Shown: positions 29,900 through 39,530, counted from the first letter of the stretch. The stretch: DNA of 64,000 bases from an uncultured Oscillospiraceae bacterium (GCA_964370145.1 CAYJIE010000001.1:24705-88704); one strand, 5' to 3'. The notes: a model not told the origin generated them from the sequence alone. Program-made: numbers and translations.

Positions 29900-31351
29900 A
29901 TGTTAGAAGTTTTATTTGTAGCTTGTGAATGTGCTCCATTTGCAAAAAGCGGAGGGCTTGCAGATATTATGTCTTCCTTGCCAAAGGAAATGTATAGTCA
30001 AGGCTATGATGTAAGGGTAATAATGCCGAAATATGGTATGATTGCGCAGGAGTACAAAGATAAAATGACAAAGACAGCGGAAATTAATGTTCCGCTTGGC
30101 TGGCGCGACCTATACTGCGGTATATGGGAAATGGTACATGAAAATATCACATATTACTTCATTGACAATGAGTTATATTTTAACCGCGAGGGGATTTATG
30201 GATATGATGATGACGGCGAGAGATTTGCATATTTCTCAAGAGCGGTTCTTGAGACAATTGCATCACTTGAAAAGCTAAAACCCGACGTCATCCATTGCAA
30301 TGACTGGCATACAGCACTTGTTCCACTGTTTTTCAAAGAGATGTACAAAGCAATTCCGTATTTTTCTGAGATGAAAACGGTGTTTACAATACACAATCTT
30401 AAGCATCAAGGCAATTTTGACAAGGCAATTTTTGATGATTTGCTTGGGCTTGCTGGAAGAACAGAAGCGTGGAAAGCGCTTGAATATTATGATAGGCTCA
30501 ATTTCATGAAGGCAGGCATTGTTATGGCGGACAAAGTGACAACCGTCAGTCCGACATATGCGGAGGAGATCAAAGGTGGATTTTACGGCGAGGGTCTTGA
30601 CTTTGTGATTGCTTCTAGGGAGGAAGACTTTGTCGGTATATTAAATGGTATTCCGAAGAGAAAACAACCATTTTATAAAGGTGGTAACAGAAATCAAATC
30701 ATGCCAAAGAAGCTTGCGGACTTCAAAGCGGAGAATAAAGCAGAACTTCAAGAGTGGATGGGACTTGATGTGCGCAAAGATGTGCCTGTGGTCGGTCTTG
30801 TAACTCGATTTGTTGAGCAAAAAGGCATTGATTTAATCACATATATATTAAATGACTTATTGCAAGGCGACACACAATTCGCTTTCCTTGGAGCGGGCGA
30901 TGCGAAATATGAAGATGCTTTTAGGCATTTCCAAGCAGTGGCTCCGGGTAGATTTGCGGTTAGAACAGAGTATGATGAAAATGTAGCTGAGAAGATATTC
31001 CAAGGGGCAGATTTTCTACTCGTGCCTTCACTATTCGAGCCATGCGGCCTAACTCAAATGATGGCGATGGAATATGGCACATTACCGATTGTTCGTGAGA
31101 CTGGCGGGCTTAAGGACACCGTTGTGCCATATAATCAGTTTACTGGCGAGGGTAATGGCTTTAGCTTTGCAAACTTCAATGCGCATGAACTACTTGAAGT
31201 GGTAAATGTTGCACTCACAATGTATTGGGAGGATAATAAAGCATTGAAAAAACTTTCAAATGAAGCAGCCAAGACGAATTTTGAATGGGGTAACTCAGCA
31301 AAGGCATATGCTGACATATACGAAAGTTTCGATTTCCACAAAGATATGTAA
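29900..31351 (+). CDS. glgA: glycogen synthase (ADP-glucose type, GT5)
   Basis: 483 aa from the ATG at 29900, after GGAGGA. N-terminal motif ECAPFAKSGGLADI, plus PSLFEPCGLTQM. Confidence 0.93.
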   Translation: MLEVLFVACECAPFAKSGGLADIMSSLPKEMYSQGYDVRVIMPKYGMIAQEYKDKMTKTAEINVPLGWRDLYCGIWEMVHENITYYFIDNELYFNREGIYGYDDDGERFAYFSRAVLETIASLEKLKPDVIHCNDWHTALVPLFFKEMYKAIPYFSEMKTVFTIHNLKHQGNFDKAIFDDLLGLAGRTEAWKALEYYDRLNFMKAGIVMADKVTTVSPTYAEEIKGGFYGEGLDFVIASREEDFVGILNGIPKRKQPFYKGGNRNQIMPKKLADFKAENKAELQEWMGLDVRKDVPVVGLVTRFVEQKGIDLITYILNDLLQGDTQFAFLGAGDAKYEDAFRHFQAVAPGRFAVRTEYDENVAEKIFQGADFLLVPSLFEPCGLTQMMAMEYGTLPIVRETGGLKDTVVPYNQFTGEGNGFSFANFNAHELLEVVNVALTMYWEDNKALKKLSNEAAKTNFEWGNSAKAYADIYESFDFHKDM

Positions 31352-31387
31352 TAATAATTATTTTGTAGGGAGTTGTAATATTGTTTA

Positions 31388-31425
31388 ACTTTGCTCTTTG
31401 CGTGTGTTCATGCAAAGAGCAAAGT
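31388..31425 (+). other. intercistronic stem-loop with a perfect 14-bp stem
   Basis: ACTTTGCTCTTTGC, a 10-nt loop, then GCAAAGAGCAAAGT. No U tract follows. It lies between the glgA stop and the next start. Confidence 0.6.
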
Positions 31426-31446
31426 AGTATAAGACAAGGAGCGAGA

Positions 31447-34400
31447 ATGTATAGAGATGTTTATCACAATTCGTATCTTGAAGAATATAGAAGTCCTTTT
31501 GGCGCCGTAAAATGTGGCGAAAAAGTCACATTAAGGTTGCGTGCATCGGTGGGATATTATGGTGACTGCGTATTAAGGCTGTGGGCAAATGACAGAGAGC
31601 AACTGGTTTCAATGAACAGGGTTGAGGTTGAGGGCGCACAGGAGAAATATATTTGGTTTGAGGGCACATTTAATATGCCGAAAAAACCAGGGTTAGTCTG
31701 GTATTATTTTTGTTTACAAAATGACCATGAAACCTATTACTTAGGTAATTCATATTCAATGACCGGCGGAGAAGGCGCTATATATGAGCACGCTCCGATG
31801 GCATATCAAATTACATGCTACAATGAAACTAAATCCCCAGCATGGTTTAAGCATGGGCGCATGTATCAGATTTTCCCTGATCGCTTTTGCAATGGAAATG
31901 ATGATATGCGCATAAATTCCCCCAAAAAGGGCAGCTTGTTACAGGCAACTTGGGATGATGCACCCTCCTATCAAAAGGATAGAGATGGGAAGATCATGTC
32001 GTGGATTTTTGCGGGCGGAAATCTTAAAGGCATAATAAAAAAGCTCGATTACTTACAAAGTTTGGGGATAACTGTTGTTTATCTAAATCCAATTTTTGAA
32101 GCCGCAAGCAATCATAGATATGATACGGCGGACTATTTGAATGTCGATCCGGTACTTGGGACAAATGAAGACTTTGCCGAAATGGTGGCAGAGGGGAAAA
32201 AGCGTGGAATTAATTTTATCTTGGATGGCGTTTTCAGCCACACTGGACAAGATAGCATATATTTTAATAAGTCAGGTAATTACGGCGAGGGTGGAGCATA
32301 TAATGATGTGAACAGCCCTTACCATAAATGGTATAAATTTAAGAATTTTCCCACGGAATATGAGTGTTGGTGGGATTTTGACGAGCTTCCGAATGTAAAT
32401 GAGTTGGAGGAGAGTTATCTTGATTTCATTTGCAGAAATGAAGATAGTGTGGTGCGCACATGGATTAGGCGTGGAGCAATGGGCTTTAGATTTGATGTTG
32501 CGGACGAATTGCCAGATGAATTCATAAAGGAGCTTAGGAAGGCGATTAAAGAGGAGAATTCAGAGGCTGTTTTAATAGGAGAAGTCTGGGAGGACGCATC
32601 TAATAAGCAGGCATATGGCATACAGAGAGAATACTTTTATGGTGAAGAGTTAGATGGTGTCATGAACTACCCGTTCCGTGATGCGCTACTCGGCTTTGGG
32701 TTAGGAAAAATATCATCATTTGATGCGGCGAAGCAAATAATGAGCATCATGGAGAACTATCCTAAGGAGAACTTGCTCGCATCAATGAATATGCTTAGTA
32801 CACATGACCGTCCACGCTCGCTGACGGTGCTTGGCGGCGTATGCTCTGATAAGGGCGAGGATTATATTGAGCTTACAGACTTACAAAAAATTAAGTTCAA
32901 ATTGACCAAAGAGCAAGAACTAAAAGGATTGCGCAAGCTAAAAATGCTCTCAGCATTGCTATATGCTCTGCCCGGTATTCCATCGATTTACTATGGCGAA
33001 GAAGTTGGGATGCAGGGATTCATGGATCCATATAATCGGGGAACTTTTCCATGGGGAAAAGAACGAGGTGAGCTGACAGATTGGTATAGGTCGCTAAATG
33101 ATGCCCGTGAGAACTATATGGGAAAATTCATTGAGTCAAAATACTATCCAATTTTGACTGACAATGATTTACTTGGATTTAAGTCTGAAAAAGATGGAGA
33201 ATGGCTCTATGTTCTTGCTAACAGGCATGAGGAGGAGAGCCGAAATTTCAAATTTGAAGTCGACGTGGAGCTTACATATTGTATGGAGCTTACAGAGGGG
33301 AAAATTATCGAGCCACAGTATTTGCGTGGAGAAATTGCAAGTTTCGATGTGGATATTGCTCCCCTATCAACGAGAATTTTTTTGCTGAGAAAGAAGTTCG
33401 CCGTTCAGCGGCTCGAGAGAGGTGCTGGAGTGCTCATGCATATAACTTCGCTTAATGGGGACTTTTTTGTCGGAGATATGGGGAAATGTGCATATGATTT
33501 TGTTGACTTTCTTGAAAGAGCAAAGCAAAAACTCTGGCAAGTTCTCCCCCTTGCACCGACTGGATGCACAAATTCGCCATATTACTCATCTTGTGCACTT
33601 GCAGGAAACCCAATAATGATTTCACTTGAAAAAATTGCGGAGCTTGGTTTGATAAAACAGTCGGAAATTGACAGTGAATTAGCTAAATTCACTGCAAAGC
33701 ATCCAAAGATAAAGGAAAATCGTGTTCCATGTGCCCAAGTGACTAAAATAAAAATGAACATGATTTCTAAGGCTTATGAGGTGTTTTTGACGCAAAACGG
33801 TGCAAAAATTGCAGAAGAATTTGAGAAATATATCGCAGAAAACAACTATTGGGTGAGAGATTATGCGCTGTATCAAGTCATTAAGCAAAAAAGTAATGAC
33901 TTACCGTGGTACGAGTGGACTGATTTGGATTTGAGATTCAGAGAAAAGGCAGCGATTGAAGCTGCATATAAAAAATATGAAAAAGAAGTCAACTACTTCA
34001 TTTTTGAGCAATTTTTGTTTGACAAGCAGTGGGCAGAACTTAGCAAATATGCAAACTCCAAAGGTGTTTCAATAATTGGCGATGCCCCGATATATGTAGC
34101 TGGCGATTCACTGGATGTGTGGGCAAATCAAGAGCTTTTCAAGCTAGACGAAAGCGGTGAACCGCTTAAGGTTGGTGGTTGTCCTCCTGATTTCTTCTCC
34201 GACGATGGGCAGTTTTGGGGAAATCCCGTGTTTGATTGGGAAGCTCATAAAAAAGAGAAATACAATTGGTGGAAACAGAGACTAAGACGTGACTTTTCAC
34301 ATGCTGACTTTATCAGACTCGACCATTTTAGAGGATTTAGTGCTTATTATGAGATTTCAGCAAAAGAAGAGACTGCGCGAAATGGCAGTTGGGTGCGTGG

Positions 34401-34908
34401 CGGCGGCGTTGATTTTTTTGCAAGCCTCACAAATGACATGGGAGCGCTGGGGATTATTGCAGAGGACTTAGGACATATAACTGCTGATGTCAACAATCTC
34501 AAGAACTATTTTGGATATAAGGGAATGGAAATTTTCCAATTTTCAGAGTCCTTGAAAGCCGGATTTATTGAGCTTGAGCATCTAAAAAATTCGATTTTGT
34601 ACACAGGAACGCATGATAACAAAACTTTGCTGGAATTCATTCAAGAGACCACAGATTTAGAAGGCGAGGAACAAGTTGAAGAAATTTATAGCATAATAGA
34701 GAGCTTGTATAAATCTGATGCACCATGGGTAATTGTGCCGATACAAGACATTTTGGGGCTTGGGGCTGACAGCAAAATGAATGTGCCTGGGACAGTTTCA
34801 GAGGACAATTGGAGCTGGAAAATGACGGCGCAGGATGATAGAATAATGAATTCCGCAGATATATTGGATTGGCTAGAAAAACTCGTTGTGGATAGTGACA
34901 GAGATTGA
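31447..34908 (+). CDS. fusion protein: GH13 alpha-glucosidase/neopullulanase-like domain plus GH77 4-alpha-glucanotransferase (MalQ) domain
   Basis: 1153 aa from the ATG at 31447, after AAGGAG. The GH13 regions are DGVFSHTG, GFRFDVADELP, GEVWED and LSTHDRPR, up to about nt 33400. The GH77 part begins at RGAGVLMHITSL and has IGDAPIYVAGDSLDVW, RLDHFRGF, IAEDLG and YTGTHDN. Confidence 0.85.
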   Translation: MYRDVYHNSYLEEYRSPFGAVKCGEKVTLRLRASVGYYGDCVLRLWANDREQLVSMNRVEVEGAQEKYIWFEGTFNMPKKPGLVWYYFCLQNDHETYYLGNSYSMTGGEGAIYEHAPMAYQITCYNETKSPAWFKHGRMYQIFPDRFCNGNDDMRINSPKKGSLLQATWDDAPSYQKDRDGKIMSWIFAGGNLKGIIKKLDYLQSLGITVVYLNPIFEAASNHRYDTADYLNVDPVLGTNEDFAEMVAEGKKRGINFILDGVFSHTGQDSIYFNKSGNYGEGGAYNDVNSPYHKWYKFKNFPTEYECWWDFDELPNVNELEESYLDFICRNEDSVVRTWIRRGAMGFRFDVADELPDEFIKELRKAIKEENSEAVLIGEVWEDASNKQAYGIQREYFYGEELDGVMNYPFRDALLGFGLGKISSFDAAKQIMSIMENYPKENLLASMNMLSTHDRPRSLTVLGGVCSDKGEDYIELTDLQKIKFKLTKEQELKGLRKLKMLSALLYALPGIPSIYYGEEVGMQGFMDPYNRGTFPWGKERGELTDWYRSLNDARENYMGKFIESKYYPILTDNDLLGFKSEKDGEWLYVLANRHEEESRNFKFEVDVELTYCMELTEGKIIEPQYLRGEIASFDVDIAPLSTRIFLLRKKFAVQRLERGAGVLMHITSLNGDFFVGDMGKCAYDFVDFLERAKQKLWQVLPLAPTGCTNSPYYSSCALAGNPIMISLEKIAELGLIKQSEIDSELAKFTAKHPKIKENRVPCAQVTKIKMNMISKAYEVFLTQNGAKIAEEFEKYIAENNYWVRDYALYQVIKQKSNDLPWYEWTDLDLRFREKAAIEAAYKKYEKEVNYFIFEQFLFDKQWAELSKYANSKGVSIIGDAPIYVAGDSLDVWANQELFKLDESGEPLKVGGCPPDFFSDDGQFWGNPVFDWEAHKKEKYNWWKQRLRRDFSHADFIRLDHFRGFSAYYEISAKEETARNGSWVRGGGVDFFASLTNDMGALGIIAEDLGHITADVNNLKNYFGYKGMEIFQFSESLKAGFIELEHLKNSILYTGTHDNKTLLEFIQETTDLEGEEQVEEIYSIIESLYKSDAPWVIVPIQDILGLGADSKMNVPGTVSEDNWSWKMTAQDDRIMNSADILDWLEKLVVDSDRD

Positions 34909-34971
34909 CAAGCAGTGACAAAATGCAATTGATATTAAAATATGCCGCATATGCGGCGGAATGGAGCTTTT

Positions 34972-36525
34972 ATGGGACAATTTATGGAGAATTTCTACAA
35001 TTTCAGCAGTATTGATATGCAACTTGATATCAGCAAAATGGACATTCCGAGTAGCTATTTCAAGAGCATTGGAGCAAAACTTGAAGCGGCATACGAAGGC
35101 ATCAAAAAAATTGAGTCGGGCGAAATCATGAATGTGGACGAGAAGAGAATGGTTGGACACTATTGGCTGAGGAATCATGAAATTGCACCGACGGCAGATA
35201 TAAAAAATGAGATTTTTGGCACTGTGGAGAAAATTAAAAATTTTGTTAGAGATGTTCACAATGGCAAAATTACGTCCCCGACAGGTGTGAAATTTGAAAA
35301 TGTCCTGCTTATTGGAATAGGCGGATCATGCCTTGGACCTCAATTTGTAAGTCGTGCACTATCTACAAAAAGTGACAAAATGAGTACATATTTTATGGAT
35401 AACACGGATCCGGATGGAATTGATATGGTTTTGTCTAGCCTTGAGAGTGAGCTTGATAAGACTTTGGTAATCGTAATCAGCAAAAGTGGCGGGACTGTTG
35501 AGACGAGAAATGGCATGGTGGAAACAAAGCATTTTTACACCTCAAGGGGCAAGGATTTTGCCTCACATGCCATTGCGGTGACTGGAGTAGGTAGCCTCTT
35601 GTATAACACATGCATATCAGAAAATTGGTTGGATTTCTTCCCAATGTGGGACTTTGTAGGCGGACGCACATCGGTTATGTCAGCTGTTGGGCTCTTACCA
35701 CTAGCATTGCAAGGAATTGATATTGATGAGCTTATGCGTGGAGCTAGGATGTGTGACAATCAAACAAGAATAGCTGATTTTAACAAAAATCCGGCTGCAA
35801 TTCTTGCTTCAACATGGCTGTACATGGGCGATAAAGCAAAAGGAACAAGTATGGTAATGCTACCATATAAAGACAGATTAGAGCTTTTCTCGAAATACTT
35901 GCAACAGCTTGTGATGGAAAGTCTTGGTAAAACGTTTGACCTAGATGGTAAGGCGGTGTACGAAGGTCTGCCTGTATATGGAAATAAAGGTGCGACAGAT
36001 CAGCATAGCTATGTGCAACAGCTGCTCGAAGGTCCTGACAATTACTTTGCTGTTTTTATTGAAGTTCTAAAAGATAGAGAGGGAGCGAGTGAGATTGTGT
36101 TGGAGAACTCAACTTCAGGCGACTATCTCAGCGCGTTTTATATGGGCACAAGAGCGGCGATGGAGGAAAAAGGGCGCAAAAATGTGACAATAACAGTGCC
36201 AAAAGTGTCTGAATTTACAGTTGGCTTGTTAATTGCACTTTTTGAGCGCGCGGTCAGCATATATGCATTAGCAGTTAACATTAATGCATATCATCAACCG
36301 GGTGTTGAGAGTGGAAAAAAAGCTGCAAACAAGATAATCGCCGTAAAAAATCAAGCGGTGGAAGAGCTGGCAAAAGGTGGAGACTTTACGGCAAAAGAGC
36401 TGTCCGAGAAAATCGGCTGTGATTTTGAAATGTTGTTTAAGATTTTGAGGCATTTAGGAGCCAATGGAATTGTAAGTGAGAGCGACAGCGACGATATATT
36501 CTCAAGAAAATATAAATTGAAGTAG
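34972..36525 (+). CDS. pgi: glucose-6-phosphate isomerase
   Basis: 517 aa from the ATG at 34972, 5 nt after GGAG. Motifs are GIGGSCLGPQF and ISKSGGTVET. The exact start is uncertain; the alternatives are 34942 and 34984. Confidence 0.88.
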   Translation: MGQFMENFYNFSSIDMQLDISKMDIPSSYFKSIGAKLEAAYEGIKKIESGEIMNVDEKRMVGHYWLRNHEIAPTADIKNEIFGTVEKIKNFVRDVHNGKITSPTGVKFENVLLIGIGGSCLGPQFVSRALSTKSDKMSTYFMDNTDPDGIDMVLSSLESELDKTLVIVISKSGGTVETRNGMVETKHFYTSRGKDFASHAIAVTGVGSLLYNTCISENWLDFFPMWDFVGGRTSVMSAVGLLPLALQGIDIDELMRGARMCDNQTRIADFNKNPAAILASTWLYMGDKAKGTSMVMLPYKDRLELFSKYLQQLVMESLGKTFDLDGKAVYEGLPVYGNKGATDQHSYVQQLLEGPDNYFAVFIEVLKDREGASEIVLENSTSGDYLSAFYMGTRAAMEEKGRKNVTITVPKVSEFTVGLLIALFERAVSIYALAVNINAYHQPGVESGKKAANKIIAVKNQAVEELAKGGDFTAKELSEKIGCDFEMLFKILRHLGANGIVSESDSDDIFSRKYKLK

Positions 36526-36535
36526 GAGTTAATTT

Positions 36536-38275
36536 ATGAATAATGTGCAAGAGCAATATAAAATTTGGACAACAGATGAGTACTTTGACAAGGCTGATAG
36601 AGACGAACTGCTAGCACTAACTGATGAGAAGGAAATCAGCGATAGATTTTATACGGATTTGAGTTTTGGAACAGCAGGAATGCGTGGCGTGCTTGGAATT
36701 GGAACAAACCGCATGAATAAATATATGGTGCGGCTTGCGGCTAAAGGATTGGCTATTTCAATTGAAAAAGCCGGTAAAGCGGCGTTGGATAGAGGTGTTG
36801 CGATTGCCTATGACTCAAGGATCATGTCTCCTGAATTTGCGCTAGAGACAGCGCTGGTACTTGCAAAATGCGGCATTAAGAGCTATATGTTTGACAGCTT
36901 GCGCCCGACGCCTGAACTCAGTTTTGCAATTCGCCACTACAATTGTATTGCAGGGGTTAATGTCACTGCATCGCACAATCCGCAACAGTACAATGGATAT
37001 AAGGTGTACTGGGAGGATGGTAGTCAAATTTCAAAGGATCTTGCAGACGAAATTGTCGCAAATATAGCGAGTTTAGGCGGATATGCAGTTGAAGTTGCAA
37101 CCGAAGAAGAGGCGAGGAATAAAGGTCTCTTAGTGACCATTAATGAAGAATGCGACGCCGCATTTATTGCCGAAATCAAAAAATCCATGTTTTATCCGGA
37201 GCTTTGCAAAGACAATGGAAAAAATCTAAGCATAGTATATACAGCATTGCATGGCGCAGGAACGATGCTAATTGAGCGACTTTTTAGGGAAACTGGATTT
37301 GCGAACATGTTCACAGTTCCTGAACAAGCAGAAGCTGATGGCAGATTTCCGACGGTAAAGTCACCGAATCCTGAGAGCAAGGACGCATTTGAGCTCTGTA
37401 TTAAATATGGTAAAGAGAAGGGGGCAGAGCTGCTCCTCGCAACTGATCCTGATGCTGACAGAATTGGTGTATATGTGCTCAATGAAAATGGCGAATATGT
37501 TGGTTTTAATGGAAATCAAATTGGGGCGATGCTCCTTAATTATATTTGCACAGCTAGAGCATCAAAAGGAATACTTCCAAAAAAGGCAGTGGCGGTAAAA
37601 AGTCTTGCGACGGGTGACCTTGCCAACGCTGTTGCTAAACTATTCGATGTGAGTCTGCGAATTACACCTGTCGGATTTAAGTATATCGGCGAGCAGATGG
37701 AGGAGATGAAGGACAATAACTCTGGCGAGTTTATCCTTGGATTTGAAGAGAGCTATGGCTATCTTGCAGGCACATATGCAAGGGATAAGGACGCTGTTGG
37801 AACAGCAGTGCTTATTGCTGAGGCGGCGCTTTACTACAAAGAAAAAGAGGGCAAAAATCTCGCAATGGTAATGGAAGAGCTCTACAAGAAAGTTGGATAT
37901 TTTAGAGATGAGCAGATTTCATACACTCTATATGGGCAAGAGGGCTTGGGGAAAATCGCGTCAATCATGAGCACATATGCGTCTCACAATTTCAAGAGTA
38001 TTGGCGGCGCTGAGATTGCAAGCATTGAGGATTTTAACAAGCGCACAAAGCTCTTTGTGAAGAATGGACTCATTGAGGCGCTACCCTATGAAAAACTCAA
38101 CATTTACAAACTAAACCTTGAAGGCGGTGGATTTGTGATTGCAAGGCCTTCGGGAACAGAGCCGAAAATTAAGTTTTATTTTAGCTTAAGGGGCGACACA
38201 ATGGAGGCACTTGAGCATGCGTGTGATATTGCAAAAAAAGAATTCCTCGAACCAGTTAAAGAGTTTTTAGAGTAG
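36536..38275 (+). CDS. pgcA: phosphoglucomutase (phospho-sugar mutase, PgcA-like)
   Basis: 579 aa with TASHNPQQYNGYKVY, DPDADRIG and GFEESYGY. Confidence 0.9.
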   Translation: MNNVQEQYKIWTTDEYFDKADRDELLALTDEKEISDRFYTDLSFGTAGMRGVLGIGTNRMNKYMVRLAAKGLAISIEKAGKAALDRGVAIAYDSRIMSPEFALETALVLAKCGIKSYMFDSLRPTPELSFAIRHYNCIAGVNVTASHNPQQYNGYKVYWEDGSQISKDLADEIVANIASLGGYAVEVATEEEARNKGLLVTINEECDAAFIAEIKKSMFYPELCKDNGKNLSIVYTALHGAGTMLIERLFRETGFANMFTVPEQAEADGRFPTVKSPNPESKDAFELCIKYGKEKGAELLLATDPDADRIGVYVLNENGEYVGFNGNQIGAMLLNYICTARASKGILPKKAVAVKSLATGDLANAVAKLFDVSLRITPVGFKYIGEQMEEMKDNNSGEFILGFEESYGYLAGTYARDKDAVGTAVLIAEAALYYKEKEGKNLAMVMEELYKKVGYFRDEQISYTLYGQEGLGKIASIMSTYASHNFKSIGGAEIASIEDFNKRTKLFVKNGLIEALPYEKLNIYKLNLEGGGFVIARPSGTEPKIKFYFSLRGDTMEALEHACDIAKKEFLEPVKEFLE

Positions 38276-38376
38276 ATTTTCTAAATTTAGCGAAGATTGT
38301 AGCGTAAAAAAACCTGCTATTAACTGACTTTTTTGTCATTCAAAAAAGAATTTTCCAAAAAATGGTAAAAAAACGC

Positions 38377-38405
38377 TTGCAATATTTGGGAAATTGTGGT
38401 AATAT
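38377..38405 (+). promoter_or_regulatory. sigma-A type promoter for spo0A
   Basis: TTGCAA (38377-38382), a 17-nt spacer, then TAATAT (38400-38405) preceded by TGG, which resembles an extended -10. Confidence 0.45.
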
Positions 38406-38483
38406 ATCACCAAGGGGTATTTGCGGAGGATTTCAGTAAGTTTTAGAGGCAATATGTCCAAAATCAGAGGAGAAGGTGAAAAT

Positions 38484-39299
38484 ATGGAAAACAACATGAA
38501 TGAGAAAATTAAAATTGTGATAGCGGATGACAACCAAGATTTCGCATATTTAACACAGGCGCAGCTAAGCGCAGAGGGCATCGAGACACTTGGGATTGCA
38601 AGCACAGGAGAGCAGGCGATTGAACTCATCGTGCGTACCAAACCTGATGTGTTGTTACTAGATTTGTGTATGCCACGAATTGACGGAATTGGTGTGCTGG
38701 AGGCGATTAAGAATCGGAATTTGGAGAAAAGACCGAAAATTATTGTATATACATGCATTGGGAGTGAGGAAGTCACGAGAGAGGCATTTTCACTGGGCGC
38801 ATCATATTTCATTTTCAAGGACAATGAACCAAGTGTGCTTGTCAGCCGAATTAGGAGTTTTACTAAAGCAACACAAAAGCCGAGTGAGGGCTATGGATAC
38901 ATAAGCAATGAATTAATGATGCCAGAAAGTGCAGCGCAGTCAACAAATTTGGAGCTAGTTGTAACGAATATTATCCATGAAATCGGAGTGCCTGCGCATA
39001 TCAAAGGATACTCATATCTCAGGGAGGCGATTTGCATTGCGGTCAACGAGCCCGCAACACTCGACTCTATGACAAAAATTTTATACCCGATGGTGGCGAA
39101 ACGATTTGACACTTCGCCACCAAGGGTAGAGCGTGCCATCAGGCATGCAGTAGAGGTCGCATGGGACAGGGGAAATGTATCGACCCTTGACAGCTATTTT
39201 GGCTATACGATTGATACGAATAAAGGTAAGCCAACAAATTCAGAATTTATCGCAATGATTGCGGATAAGCTGACTCTAGGCATGAAGAAAATAAAATAG
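38484..39299 (+). CDS. spo0A: sporulation master response regulator Spo0A
   Basis: 271 aa from the ATG at 38484, after AGGAGAAGG. The receiver domain has IVIADDN and [12 protein letters not shown]. The Spo0A-specific DNA-binding domain has [18 protein letters not shown]. Confidence 0.95.
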   Translation: MENNMNEKIKIVIADDNQDFAYLTQAQLSAEGIETLGIASTGEQAIELIVRTKPDVLLLDLCMPRIDGIGVLEAIKNRNLEKRPKIIVYTCIGSEEVTREAFSLGASYFIFKDNEPSVLVSRIRSFTKATQKPSEGYGYISNELMMPESAAQSTNLELVVTNIIHEIGVPAHIKGYSYLREAICIAVNEPATLDSMTKILYPMVAKRFDTSPPRVERAIRHAVEVAWDRGNVSTLDSYFGYTIDTNKGKPTNSEFIAMIADKLTLGMKKIK

Positions 39300-39313
39300 A
39301 GAGGAGATGCCAC

Positions 39314-39445
39314 ATGAACGGAGTAAACAAAGACTGTGTATGTAAGAATGTGACCTGCAACAGACATGGAAAATGCGAAGAATGCAGAGAATTCCACAAG
39401 GAGAACAAAACAGCCTGTCAGAGGGCAGAAGAGGCTCAAAAATAA
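39314..39445 (+). CDS. 43-codon Cys/His-rich small ORF (hypothetical), below the ORF-track size cutoff
   Basis: My translation: MNGVNKDCVCKNVTCNRHGKCEECREFHKENKTACQRAEEAQK. GAGGAG lies 7 nt upstream of the ATG. The ORF starts 15 nt after the spo0A stop and is followed by a 12-bp hairpin. Confidence 0.5.
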   Translation: MNGVNKDCVCKNVTCNRHGKCEECREFHKENKTACQRAEEAQK

Positions 39446-39456
39446 TGAGCTTTGTG

Positions 39457-39484
39457 CAAGCGACCGATATTAATCGGTCGCTTG
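39457..39484 (+). terminator. hairpin after spo0A and the small ORF
   Basis: CAAGCGACCGAT, the loop ATTA, then ATCGGTCGCTTG (12 bp). The downstream U tract is weak. Confidence 0.5.
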
Positions 39485-39530
39485 TCTGTCCATAAAATTG
39501 CTTATGTAAGAATTGATTGTATTATATGTA

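Noticed and set aside
31381-31446. N-terminal extensions proposed by the ORF track: 31381 for the GH13::GH77 gene, 38421 for spo0A, 50285 for mrpE, 47997 for mrpC, 6852 for spoVAC and 29885 for glgA.
   Set aside because: Each downstream start has a proper Shine-Dalgarno sequence and matches the family's N-terminus. The extensions run through hairpins or upstream genes.
38276-38483. Spo0A boxes and a sigma-H promoter upstream of spo0A.
   Set aside because: I found only partial matches: TAGCGAA and TGTCATT versus TGNCGAA, and AGGATTT followed at roughly 12-14 nt by GCAAT. This is not enough to call by eye.
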